A stretch of DNA of 64,000 bases from NCBI RefSeq assembly GCF_001194135.2, contig NC_068983.1, positions 157,434,471 through 157,498,470 on the forward strand. The letters run 5' to 3'. A model generated the notes under the pieces. The model had not been told where the DNA came from and did not search any database. It worked only from the letters and a program-made list of their open reading frames with translations. This DNA comes from Octopus bimaculoides (taxonomy: Eukaryota). Made by a program: the position numbers and the translations under genes. Positions 27,879-38,978 of this stretch are shown piece after piece (the stretch's first letter is position 1; each line of letters begins with the position of its first letter).

Positions 27879-29029
27879 CTAGCAGAAATACCCGGCTTTG
27901 CCCGGGTTAAAGAGAATAATGAAATCTAAAAACGCCGTCTAGACTACGCAACCCTCAACTGTTAGTAGCTACGATATGTGTGTCGTAGTGATAATAAAAA
28001 GACCCAAAGGAGGTCTGCAACGAAAAAATTTTACTCAACACTTTGCAAGTGAATCAGTGGAGGCAAAGATGCGTCTCATTTACTTGACAATTTATGCACC
28101 ACATTGCAGAAATCACAATGAAAGTATATCTGAAAGGGTAGTCTTACACTGTTGTACCGTTGAATTACAAATAATGCTCNNNNNNNNNNNNNNNNNNNNN
28201 NNNNNNNNNNNNNNNNNNNNNNNNNNNNNNNNNNNNNNNNNNNNNNNNNNNNNNNNNNNNNNNNNNNNNNNNNNNNNNNNNNNNNNNNNNNNNNNNNNNN
28301 NNNNNNNNNNNNNNNNNNNNNNNNNNNNNNNNNNNNNNNNNNNNNNNNNNNNNNNNNNNNNNNNNNNNNNNNNNNNNNNNNNNNNNNNNNNNNNNNNNNN
28401 NNNNNNNNNNNNNNNNNNNNNNNNNNNNNNNNNNNNNNNNNNNNNNNNNNNNNNNNNNNNNNNNNNNNNNNNNNNNNNNNNNNNNNNNNNNNNNNNNNNN
28501 NNNNNNNNNNNNNNNNNNNNNNNNNNNNNNNNNNNNNNNNNNNNNNNNNNNNNNNNNNNNNNNNNNNNNNNNNNNNNNNNNNNNNNNNNNNNNNNNNNNN
28601 NNNNNNNNNNNNNNNNNNNNNNNNNNNNNNNNNNNNNNNNNNNNNNNNNNNNNNNNNNNNNNNNNNNNNNNNNNNNNNNNNNNNNNNNNNNNNNNNNNNN
28701 NNNNNNNNNNNNNNNNNNNNNNNNNNNNNNNNNNNAAATGTGATTGTTTCAGTTAGTAGAATAGTTTCATTTTTAAAGTGAAAGTATTTGACATGAGTGT
28801 TTTTGTTTCACTTTTGACACGTAATACTTAAATAGTGGAGGAGATATTATGTTGCTGTGGGCTCGAACTCTGGAAGAAGTAAAAAAAATTTTTGACTAAA
28901 ACACAACTGGAAACCTAAGTAAGGCATCTGTAAAATTTGAATGAAATTGGTTGCGTAGTTCTCGAGTTTTAGGGATTCACACAGACAGACAGACAGACAG
29001 ACACACATTCTCATTTTTATATATATAGA
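27879..29029 (-). mobile_element. Non-autonomous Helitron
   Basis: Minus strand begins A|TCTATATATATAAAAATGAG with a (TCTG)n tract and ends with hairpin CCCGGGCAAAGCCGGG, 8 nt, then CTAG|T. This is the canonical TC...CTAG structure at an AT site. Contains an N-gap. Confidence 0.85.
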
Positions 29030-29131
29030 TGACAGTAATTTGTTTTGGTCTCACAAAGCAGTTCTTTCCGGGTGTTGCTTTATATTACATATTTGTTACA
29101 GATAATTAATTGTTGTTACCTACATTTCAAG

Positions 29132-30685
29132 ATGTCTGGAAAGATGCCAATTGGAACTGAAGGTAGATATGTGAACAGGAACCCAAAATAGATTACACTA
29201 AATATTAAACATACTGTTTTAAAAAACTTAATACAGGAGATGAAAATAAACCCCACAGCCAAAACATTTAAGCATACAACATCCACTGTGGGAACAATAC
29301 GTAACAACAGAGAGAAAATTAAGTCAACTGCTTAAGAGGCTATTTCATTAACTGCTCAGATTTTACTATTTCATTAACTGCTCAGATTTTACTATTTCAT
29401 AGATCTGATGTGATATTTAAAAATGGAAAGGCTGTTGAGTGTATGGATCGAATATGGACTTAATATAATATGATGATGATAAGCATGATAATATTTCTGA
29501 TAAAAGCTAAAAGTTTGTGTGATGATTTGCAGAAAAAGGAAAGTAAAACATCTAATGAAAAACCTTTTCTGGCTTATAAAGACTGGTCCAAAAGGTTTAT
29601 GAAGTGCTTGTATTGGTATAACATAAAAGTAACTGGTGGAACTGTCAGTGCTGATACATGTTATCTTGAGCAGCTGAGGAAAATGTTTGCTAAAGGAGGT
29701 TACACATTAGAGCCAGTATAGAATGTTGATGAAACTGCACCTTCCTGTAAGTCTTCTAAAATTTTTATTTCTCAAAGAAAATCAGCACTGGAATTTAAAA
29801 CTTCCAAAATCTTCTGGAACTTCTGGCAAGAAATAGTACTGGTGATATTAAATTAAACCCCTTGCTTGTGTATCATTCCAAAAGTCCAAGGTTCTTCAAG
29901 GGTTAAGCAAAATTTAATCTAATTCTGATTTAACAGTCAAATAAAAAGGCATGAATGATTAAAACTTTTTTGAAGAGTGTTTACAATAATTTTTGTCTTT
30001 TCTGTAGAAAGGTACGGTGTAAGACATATTTCCAACAAGAGCATTACTCATTTTAAGCAATGCATCAAGTAATTTAGTGAACTTAAATGAGCTTTCTTGA
30101 AATACAAAAGTAAAATATATTCCCATGAACCTTAGAGTCGAAAAAAACTTTTGCCAATGGATTGAGGTACAATAGCTAACTTCAAGACATTTTATCTGAG
30201 AACTTTCAAACAACTTATGAAAGCAACTAGCAGGGGAAATGAATAAACTTTCAGTTAGGGAAGAAGTTCAACATAATGGAGGCTGTAGTTAACATAGCTG
30301 AGTCATCGGATGAAGTGAAATTCTCAACTCCGAATGGTGATTGGAACAAAATATATGGCCAAACTGTATCTGTGACTCGACAAGTTTTCCATGAGCAGAA
30401 ATCTGCATCAAATATGGAACATTTACAAATTGTGTAGTATTTGAAGAATTTACAGAGGATAATGTGTTTGAGATGCAAATGTTCTATATAGAAAGTTTTC
30501 TAACAAGAAGCTGATGCTGTTAGAATAAGAGCAAACTGAGAATACAGAGGAAGGGTCTGCAAATTTTTACTGATAACGATTGTGACAACCTTAGCATAAA
30601 AATTACAAAAGGAGTTTACAATATTAATCTATACAAAGAGTTGATGCACCATAAACATCAAACAACTTTGGATAAGTTCTTCGCC
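29132..30685 (+). pseudogene. Tigger/pogo transposase remnant
   Basis: Degraded frames give KMERLLSVWI, IKAKSLCDDL, KDWSKRFMK...NIKVTGGTVSAD, NVDET and terminal KHQTTLDKFF (CENP-B HTH + DDE_1 pattern); many stops. Confidence 0.8.
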
Positions 30686-31804
30686 TCTTGAGAAGTTGTT
30701 GCTGATGAACTTTAATGATAGAAGATTGTGTTCCTTATCTTCCCAGTAACTCTCATTCCAACCCCTCACATGATAGTCAACCTTTTTTGTGGTAAGAATG
30801 TACACTTTTATGATATGATTCTTATTTATTCCTAGATGTATTTCTTATATGTTTTTATGTATGAATATTGCACTGTGTATGTTTAAAAATTGTTATTTCC
30901 ATGCATAAAAGTTGTTGTGTTGCTTGTTTATTTTTATTTGTTTTAGTTCTTTTCTTGTCAAAAAAAAAATTCCTTTGGAATGCATCTCACTATAACAAGA
31001 ACAACTAATGGAAAATAATTTTGCACAACAGAATTTCACATTACGGCAAGATTTTCAGGAACAGATTACTTCTGTAATATGCAGGATTACTGTATTTGCT
31101 AACCTTAAAAAGCATAAAGCAAATCTTCAGATTCCTGAGAAAACAAGTAGCATTCAAAAGCAACTATCTAGCATCACTGAGTTAACTGCAGAATAAGTTT
31201 CTATAATGTGCTGCATGACTGTATGGTTAAGAAGTTTACCTCCCAACTACGTGGTTTCAAGATCTGTCCCACTGTTTGGTATCTTGTGCAAATGCCTTCT
31301 ATTACTGTTCTGGGCCAACCAAAGCCTAATGAGTAGATTTGGTTAATGGAAGCTAAAAGAAGCCATTCATAAATATGTGTGTGCATGTGCCTTCTTCTAA
31401 CATCATATGGTAGTAAATAAGTGTCTCCATAATACAAATGATGTCATTTATTTCCAATCTTCTAGGGGAAATATTGCCATGCTTGGAAACTAGTATGAGC
31501 TGGCAAGAGGAAGGGCATCTAGCCATAGAAAATCTACCTCAATGACTTCCTTCTAAGACCTGCAAGTATGGAAAAGACAATATTAAATGATGATGATGAT
31601 GATGACAATGACGATTTATTAAGTTTAGTTCATTTTAAGAGACTGCAAAATTCCTGAAGTGTGCCAATAATGTAACTAGATAATCTGGATTTGGAAATGC
31701 TGCAATAGATTGATTTAGGTAACTTTGAGAATAGACTGTCTTTATAACATTATAGAAACTCAGGTTATTCAAAAATGCCTTTTAATTAAAACAGTACTAT
31801 TTTG

Positions 31805-32160
31805 AGATGCAACTGATTGATTTACAAAGCAGCTCAAACTGGATGCAAAAATTCCTCTATACTCGAGAGCTGAATAAGCAAACATTGAAAGCCATCTCTC
31901 TTGGTGACAGGAATAGCATGGGAAATAGAGATTTGAAACTCTAGAATCCCATTCCTGTAACTTTGTGTCTGTTTCAAAAACCTCGCAGTGGCAATATTAA
32001 CAAGTATTTTCACTAACATACACATGTGTATTTTTGTTTTCAGTGACAAACTTTGTCAAGTCTAAATATAGTCTTAGTGCTGCAAGCTCTCAAAACAATC
32101 AAATACAAATGTAATATAAAGTATCTGTTACCAGTTGCATAGCAGCAAAGGTCTCACAGA
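31805..32160 (+). pseudogene. Second hAT transposase C-terminal remnant (GTF2IRD2/SPIN-like)
   Basis: EMQLIDLQSSSNWMQKF ... KNLAVAILTSIF ... KYKCNIKYL...QQRSH across frameshifts. Confidence 0.65.
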
Positions 32161-32229
32161 AAATGTTCATTTTCCCATTCTTTGCTAGTATTTAAAAAAA
32201 AAAATAATATGCAGTAAAGGAGTAGGTAG

Positions 32230-33310
32230 TAACTCTATAAGATGTACCCGGTGCAAGCTATGGACACATAGCTTGCAGCAATATCAAAGCAGGTTAACTA
32301 GCAAGTTAGTTTTTGTTTGTGGCAGATGTTCAGGTGCAATAAAGACTGTAAACAAACAGGAAACAACTTCTATCTCATTCCAGGGAGAAAAACTAGAGGT
32401 AGTCGATAGCTTCCGCTATCTGGGCGACCAAGTTAGTAGNNNNNNNNNNNNNNNNNNNNNNNNNNNNNNNNNNNNNNNNNNNNNNNNNNNNNNNNNNNNN
32501 NNNNNNNNNNNNNNNNNNNNNNNNNNNNNNNNNNNNNNNNNNNNNNNNNNNNNNNNNNNNNNNNNNNNNNNNNNNNNNNNNNNNNNNNNNNNNNNNNNNN
32601 NNNNNNNNNNNNNNNNNNNNNNNNNNNNNNNNNNNNNNNNNNNNNNNNNNNNNNNNNNNNNNNNNNNNNNNNNNNNNNNNNNNNNNNNNNNNNNNNNNNN
32701 NNNNNNNNNNNNNNNNNNNNNNNNNNNNNNNNNNNNNNNNNNNNNNNNNNNNNNNNNNNNNNNNNNNNNNNNNNNNNNNNNNNNNNNNNNNNNNNNNNNN
32801 NNNNNNNNNNNNNNNNNNNNNNNNNNNNNNNNNNNNNNNNNNNNNNNNNNNNNNNNNNNNNNNNNNNNNNNNNNNNNNNNNNNNNNNNNNNNNNNNNNNN
32901 NNNNNNNNNNNNNNNNNNNNNNNNNNNNNNNNNNNNNNNNNNNNNNNNNNNNNNNNNNNNNNNNNNNNNNNNNNNNNNNNNNNNNNNNNNNNNNNNNNNN
33001 NNNNNNNNNNNNNNNNNNNNNNNNNNNNNNNNNNNNNNNNNNNNNNNNNNNNNNNNNNNNNNNNNNNNNNNNNNNNNNGTGCGGGTGGCACATAAAAGAC
33101 ACCATTTCGAGCGTGGCCGTTTGCGTGCGGGTGACACGTAAAAGCACCCACTACACTCTCTGAGTGGTTGGCGTTAGGAAGGGCATCCAGCTGTAGAAAC
33201 TCTGCCAAATTAGATTGGAGCCTGGTGTAGCCATCCGGTTGCACCAGTCCTCAGTCAAATCGTCCAACCCATGCTAGCATGGAAAGCGGACGTTAAACGA
33301 TGATGATGAT
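32230..33310 (+). mobile_element. Young 5'-truncated RTE-like LINE spanning a gap
   Basis: KLVFVCGRCSGAIK...GEKLEVVDSFRYLGDQVS before the gap; consensus-like 3' UTR ending TAAACGATGATGATGAT after it. Confidence 0.8.
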
Positions 33311-33963
33311 CCCTTGCTTCTTATTATTAAAGTGCATTATAATTTGTAAATAATATTCTTTTTCCGTTGTCTTGTTTAAAAACATTGATATTATTTTCTG
33401 TCTTGCTTATTAAAGTACATTTCTATTTATAAGTTATTCTTCAAGAGTCTTTTTAATGCCATTGACACTAATAATTGCTTAAACATACTTCCTAAAATAT
33501 TTACATTCCTTTTAATGTCTCAGTGGTATTTTTGTTAAACAATAAACATCAAAACTTTTTCCTGGAAAAAAGGCTTGTTTTTGTTATTTATTCATTTATT
33601 TTACTTTTTGTGAATTACTTAATAAAACATACCATTCCTAAAGCTGTCCCATTCAAATAATTCACAATTTAATACTTGTCTAAACAGGCTTCTTTAAGAA
33701 TGATTTCCAGAATTTTGTTCTATTTTGCCATAAAAATAAATAGATAAGAGTCTGGGTCAGACTCTTATCTATTCACCCTAACGAATGAGGCTCTGGATTT
33801 TACCAACGTTTATTTGCTTCCATTACTGGCTGCAAATTTTTGATGAACTACCTCTACCAATATTATGAAATAACTCTGAGCCCTCAGAAATAGCTGTCAG
33901 ACTTATAATACTTTCTCCCCTCTAATTCTTTTGAGTCTATGTAAACTGAATAAGTTTGCCTAT

Positions 33964-33998
<35 letters not shown>

Positions 33999-34403
33999 TT
34001 GATTGTTAATGATCGGAAAATCTTGAGTCTGCCTTCNNNNNNNNNNNNNNNNNNNNNNNNNNNNNNNNNNNNNNNNNNNNNNNNNNNNNNNNNNNNNNNN
34101 NNNNNNNNNNNNNNNNNNNNNNNNNNNNNNNNNNNNNNNNNNNNNNNNNNNNNNNNNNNNNNNNNNNNNNNNNNNNNNNNNNNNNNNNNNNNNNNNNNNN
34201 NNNNNNNNNNNNNNNNNNNNNNNNNNNNNNNNNNNNNNNNNNNNNNNNNNNNNNNNNNNNNNNNNNNNNNNNNNNNNNNNNNNNNNNNNNNNNNNNNNNN
34301 NNNNNNNNNNNNNNNNNNNNNNNNNNNNNNNNNNNNNNNNNNNNNNNNNNNNNNNNNNNNNNNNNNNNNNNNNNNNNNNNNNNNNNNNNNNNNNNNNNNN
34401 NNN

Positions 34404-34435
<32 letters not shown>

Positions 34436-37400
34436 ATGAGTGAGTATGTGTGCACGCATACACATTTTTGCTTTTGTATTTGTCCCTTCTCTACTTGACA
34501 ACTTGGTTTGCTTACTTTCCTATAACAGCAATAAGATACCGATAGAATAAGTGCTAGAGTCAATTTGCTTGACTAAATAATTAAAAGCAATGTTCCCACA
34601 TAGCCTTTGCCCAATGACTGAAACAAAAAAAGGAGAATAGAATAATTGCATGAATATGTAATGAAGAAGTTTTCTTTGCAAGTACATGGTTTTAGGTTTG
34701 GTCCTCATGTGCAGCACAGTGAGAAAATGTCTTCTAGCATAGCATCAAATCAATGAAAGCCTTGCGAGTGAAATTTGGCAAGCAGAAAATACAGAGATGT
34801 CTATCAGAGGGACTTTCCTGCTTTTGAGTAATACACTTAATGTATTGTTGAGTTTAACATACACTTCTGGTTCACAGGTATATTTAACGGAGTCAACACT
34901 GTTACACATATTGGATCAAGTCTCCTTCAGAGGATAGCTTTGTAGCAACTGCTGTTTACGCTTCTTGATAATCACACAAGTGAAACCTGTTGGTCAACTT
35001 AATTTGCTGTAAAGTCAGCTGGAGATACCATCACATAGTGTCAAGATGTCCCTCACTAAATGCTTTGTAACATGTATCTTGAATAAATCAGTGGCCGACT
35101 GGACTTAGAATAGGAACGACATTGTGAACATACTCTCTTTGATGCTGAATGGATTATCACAACTCACACTATGGTCAGAACAAACTTATTTTTTGGTCAA
35201 TGTACATACTAATAAGGTGGTGAGCTGGCAGAAGTATTAGCAGGTTGGGCAAAATGCTCACAATGGGACTGAGTCCAAAACCTGGTTGGGAAGCAAACTT
35301 CTTACAGAATTAAATTGTTAGAAGAAATATTTTTTTGCTCTTTTTTCATTTAGCTATATAATATACATTGTCTGATGCAGGTATTTAGGCTTGACTAAAT
35401 ACACAGGCTCTTTTTACATTATCATCATGTAGTCAGTGAAACTCCTATTTCTTGTCTCACATCAACCTCCAATCCTCAACCATCCAAAACATTTTATTGC
35501 TTCGTCAGAAATTATGTTGTAGAGCTAACATTAATAACAAAGTCTTTGTTTTGGCTTCCTGCCTTTCTCATATCAGTACCAGGGACCCTGTAAAGCATCT
35601 TTAGTGTCACTCTTCTTCCTCTGACTCAGCATAAAAAAATTCTTTGCCCAGCAACTTGCCAAGGAAGAAACTTTCAGATGCCTTCAAACAGTTTATATAC
35701 ATTGTTAGTAAATTTGCTTACATATATTCTTAAGGATTTCGTATAGGACATTCTCATGTAAGTAAATAGACTGACCAGAAGACCAGTAAAAGTTACAAAA
35801 TTACCAGTGGCTCTTGCAGTTCAGTAAAAGGCTACAACCATTGCATTCACCTAATCTCAATAGTCTAATAGTTCATATACAAAGAAAATTTTCAAGTTTA
35901 TATTCTTCTCATTACATGTTACTAATATCTCACCAAGTTTAACCAGTATTCCTTCTCAGTTGCAAGTTTTACATTAAAATTAAAAAAATGTTGCTTCTCC
36001 AAAGATTATTTATTAGGTGATTGTGACCTTGTATGTTAGTTTTTCTTTTTTTTTTCCCTATCAAACCTTCATATTCATGGTGCTTGCACATTTTATGGTT
36101 GAAAGTATGTTATTTCATTTTTTGTGTGCAAATTGTTGTCTTTCTGTTATGACAAAAGCTAACACTTTTTTATTGCTGTCACTGTAACCTATAAAACCTT
36201 CCTACAATTGCTGTCACTGCAACCTATAAAACCTACATACACAATAGTGATAAAGAAAAGATACATTCTGTTAACTGTTTGACAGATCTCATTGATCTGT
36301 GATACTCAAACTCAGAAAACTGGCTTTTTATCATGCAGGTATAATGATTTGATGTATAAATGTGCCAATTCAGCAATTTAACCTGTTGAGGTGGAATGGG
36401 ATGACTTTACCAATGTTGCAGATTCACTGGTATCTTGTTATTAGTTACTGTTTCAGCTGTGTGTTAACCCATAATGAACAGATGTGAATATAATTTAATA
36501 TATTTATTGTAAGATTTATTGAACATATTTATATAAATTTCTGATTATTGCTGGTAGATTAGAATCAAGCTTCAGTGTAACAAATATACATAGTAATGAA
36601 TAATAAAGTTGGAGAAGCAGCAAAGCATTGATCTGAGATTATGAAGAATTCCTTTCATTTCTAGCTCGATTCAGGAATGGAAAACTTGACATTGTTTGGT
36701 AATAGAGAAGGAGATGTGTTCTCTGAAGCTCTCTCAGATCAGTGAAAGGCTACAACCATTGCATTCACCTGATCTCAAAGATTTCAATATTCCAACAGTT
36801 CATATAAAAAAAAAAAATTTTCAAGTTTATATTCTTCTCATTACATGTTACTATTATCTCATTGGTAGACGGAAACTGAAAGAAGACTGTTGTATATATG
36901 TATATATGTGCATATATGTTTGTATGTCTGTGTTTGTCCCCTCCCCCCACAACATTGCTTGACAACCGATGCTGGTGTGCTTATATCTTCGTAATTTAGC
37001 AGTTCGGCAAAAGAGACCGATAGAATAAGTACTAGGCTTATAAAGAATAAGTCCTGGGGTCGATTTGCTCAACTAAAGGTGGTGCTCCAGCATGGCCACA
37101 GTCAAAAGACTGAAACAAGTAAAAGAGTAAGTTTAGCTAGTATTCCTTTCTGCTGTTGTCCTTGGTAGGCTTTTGCCTTAATAGTAAGAAAAGGCACAGG
37201 AGAAAGTCATGGAATATTTGATTAAGTTTATGCCATGGCATATTACTACTGCAAGCTGATTGGCTGATAATTAGGACAGATCACATGACATGAGTGTGAT
37301 CTATGCATAGTACCTGGCAGACTGAAAAATACGAGTTTCAATTCTAGGTCTCACCACAAACCTTTCACTCATTAACTTATGAATGGCTATGACTGGGTAG

Positions 37401-37927
37401 ACTTACACTGAAAGGAATTCCAATCATAAACATTCCATCTTAATTTCAGACATAGTGTATCTATGTCTACATGATATATATCTTTCCTTTAAGATTCAAG
37501 GGAGATTTTGTTGAGTGTGTAACCACATAGAGGTTCTTTTATTGACTTGTGTGATAGCAAGTACACTATTACTGTATAAAGTGTGATGTAATTAAACCTT
37601 GAGCAACTCAAGCATTATAGTATGAATTGAACAGAGCTGTCATTGTAAGGCAGTATTACAGAAAGACAGCTAGCTTTCATTTCAAGAGATGAGAAATGAA
37701 TGTAATATCAATAGAAAGTCAAAAGAACAACTTAGACATGATTGAAAACTTTGCTATCAAATACATTATTGCTATTACAATAAGTTAGCAAGTTTAATGG
37801 CATGGATGCCTCAATTATCATGGGTTTGAATTTAGAACTGAAAATAAATGGATTTTGATGACAAAAATAGACATGAATAAAGAACATCCAAAAATTAAAA
37901 ATAGGATTATTTATATACTTCATGTAT

Positions 37928-38373
37928 CAGGTGCAGCTGTGTGGTAACAAGTTTGCTTCCCAATCACATGGTTCCAGGTTCAGTCCCATGGCATGGCACC
38001 TTGAACAAGTGTCTTCTACTATAACTCTGGGCTGACCAAAGCCTTGTGAGTGGATTTGGTAGAGAGAAATTGAACATATATATATATATAAGTTATTATA
38101 TGTTTGTTTGTGCCTGTCCCCCACTGCTGCTTGACATCTGGCATTTGTTTATGCTACATAAAATTTACCCATGCTGGTACCATGTAAAAATTACCTGTGC
38201 TTGGGCCATGTACAATGCACATGGCACACTTTGTAAAGTGGTTGGCATTAGGAAGGGCATCCAGCCATAGTAACTATTCCAGATCAGACTGGAACCTAGT
38301 GCAGCTCTCCAGCTTTCGTCAAACTATTCAACCCATACCAGCATAGAAAACAGACATTAAATGAGGATGATGA
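37928..38373 (+). mobile_element. tRNA-headed SINE with LINE-type tail
   Basis: Head CAGGTGCAGCTGTGTGGTAA...GGTTCAGTCCC, family core AAGTGTCTTCTACTATA...CAAAGCCTTGTGAGTGGATTTGGTAGA, tail ATGAGGATGATGA. Related copies at ~16720-17045, 20973-21075, 24628-24960, 31210-31610, 36865-37130, 45530-45850, 55905-56209 and 59550-59780. Confidence 0.75.
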
Positions 38374-38978
38374 AGTAAGAATGTATAATAAAGTCTATAA
38401 TAAATGACTGATCTGGATAATTAAGTATCTCAATGAGATATTTTCTTGTTCACATTAATACTGCCTGCATCAATCTTAATCTTCTTGTTCTAATTTTGTC
38501 CACTAATAGATACTAATTGTTGAAGACACTGAAAGTAACTTTCCTTCGACCAAGGCAGCACTTGAAATAAAGTAATAACAATCTAATATGGAACAAAATA
38601 GAGCAAGTTTATTTTTAAATATTTGATTTATTCTCAATAGATGAAAGTATAAAAAGTTAGCAAAATTTTGGTGTAAGCTTTCATAACAACAAAGAATATT
38701 AGCATAGCAGATAATCTGCATACATTGAGGACATAATCACCACACTGGTTTCAATGGAAGGAAAGATTTTGTCAATTCATAATCTTTGTTAGACAATTTC
38801 TTTCATAATTTTCTTTCTGCTTTTTAAAAAAAATTTTTTTTTTTTTTTAAACAATTACTGAGAGTTCACCAGGATTAATATAATCACTTAAAATTTTAGT
38901 GTTTATAACATTCAGTTTTAATTATAAATATTATTTAGTCAATTTGCTGCTTGTGATACAGTTGAAGCAATATTTCAA

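Noticed and set aside
20267-34563. Long ORFs of 150-296 aa in the track at 20.3, 28.0, 32.3 and 33.9 kb (also 51.1, 56.0 and 61.8 kb)
   Set aside because: They are open only because they run through N-gaps.
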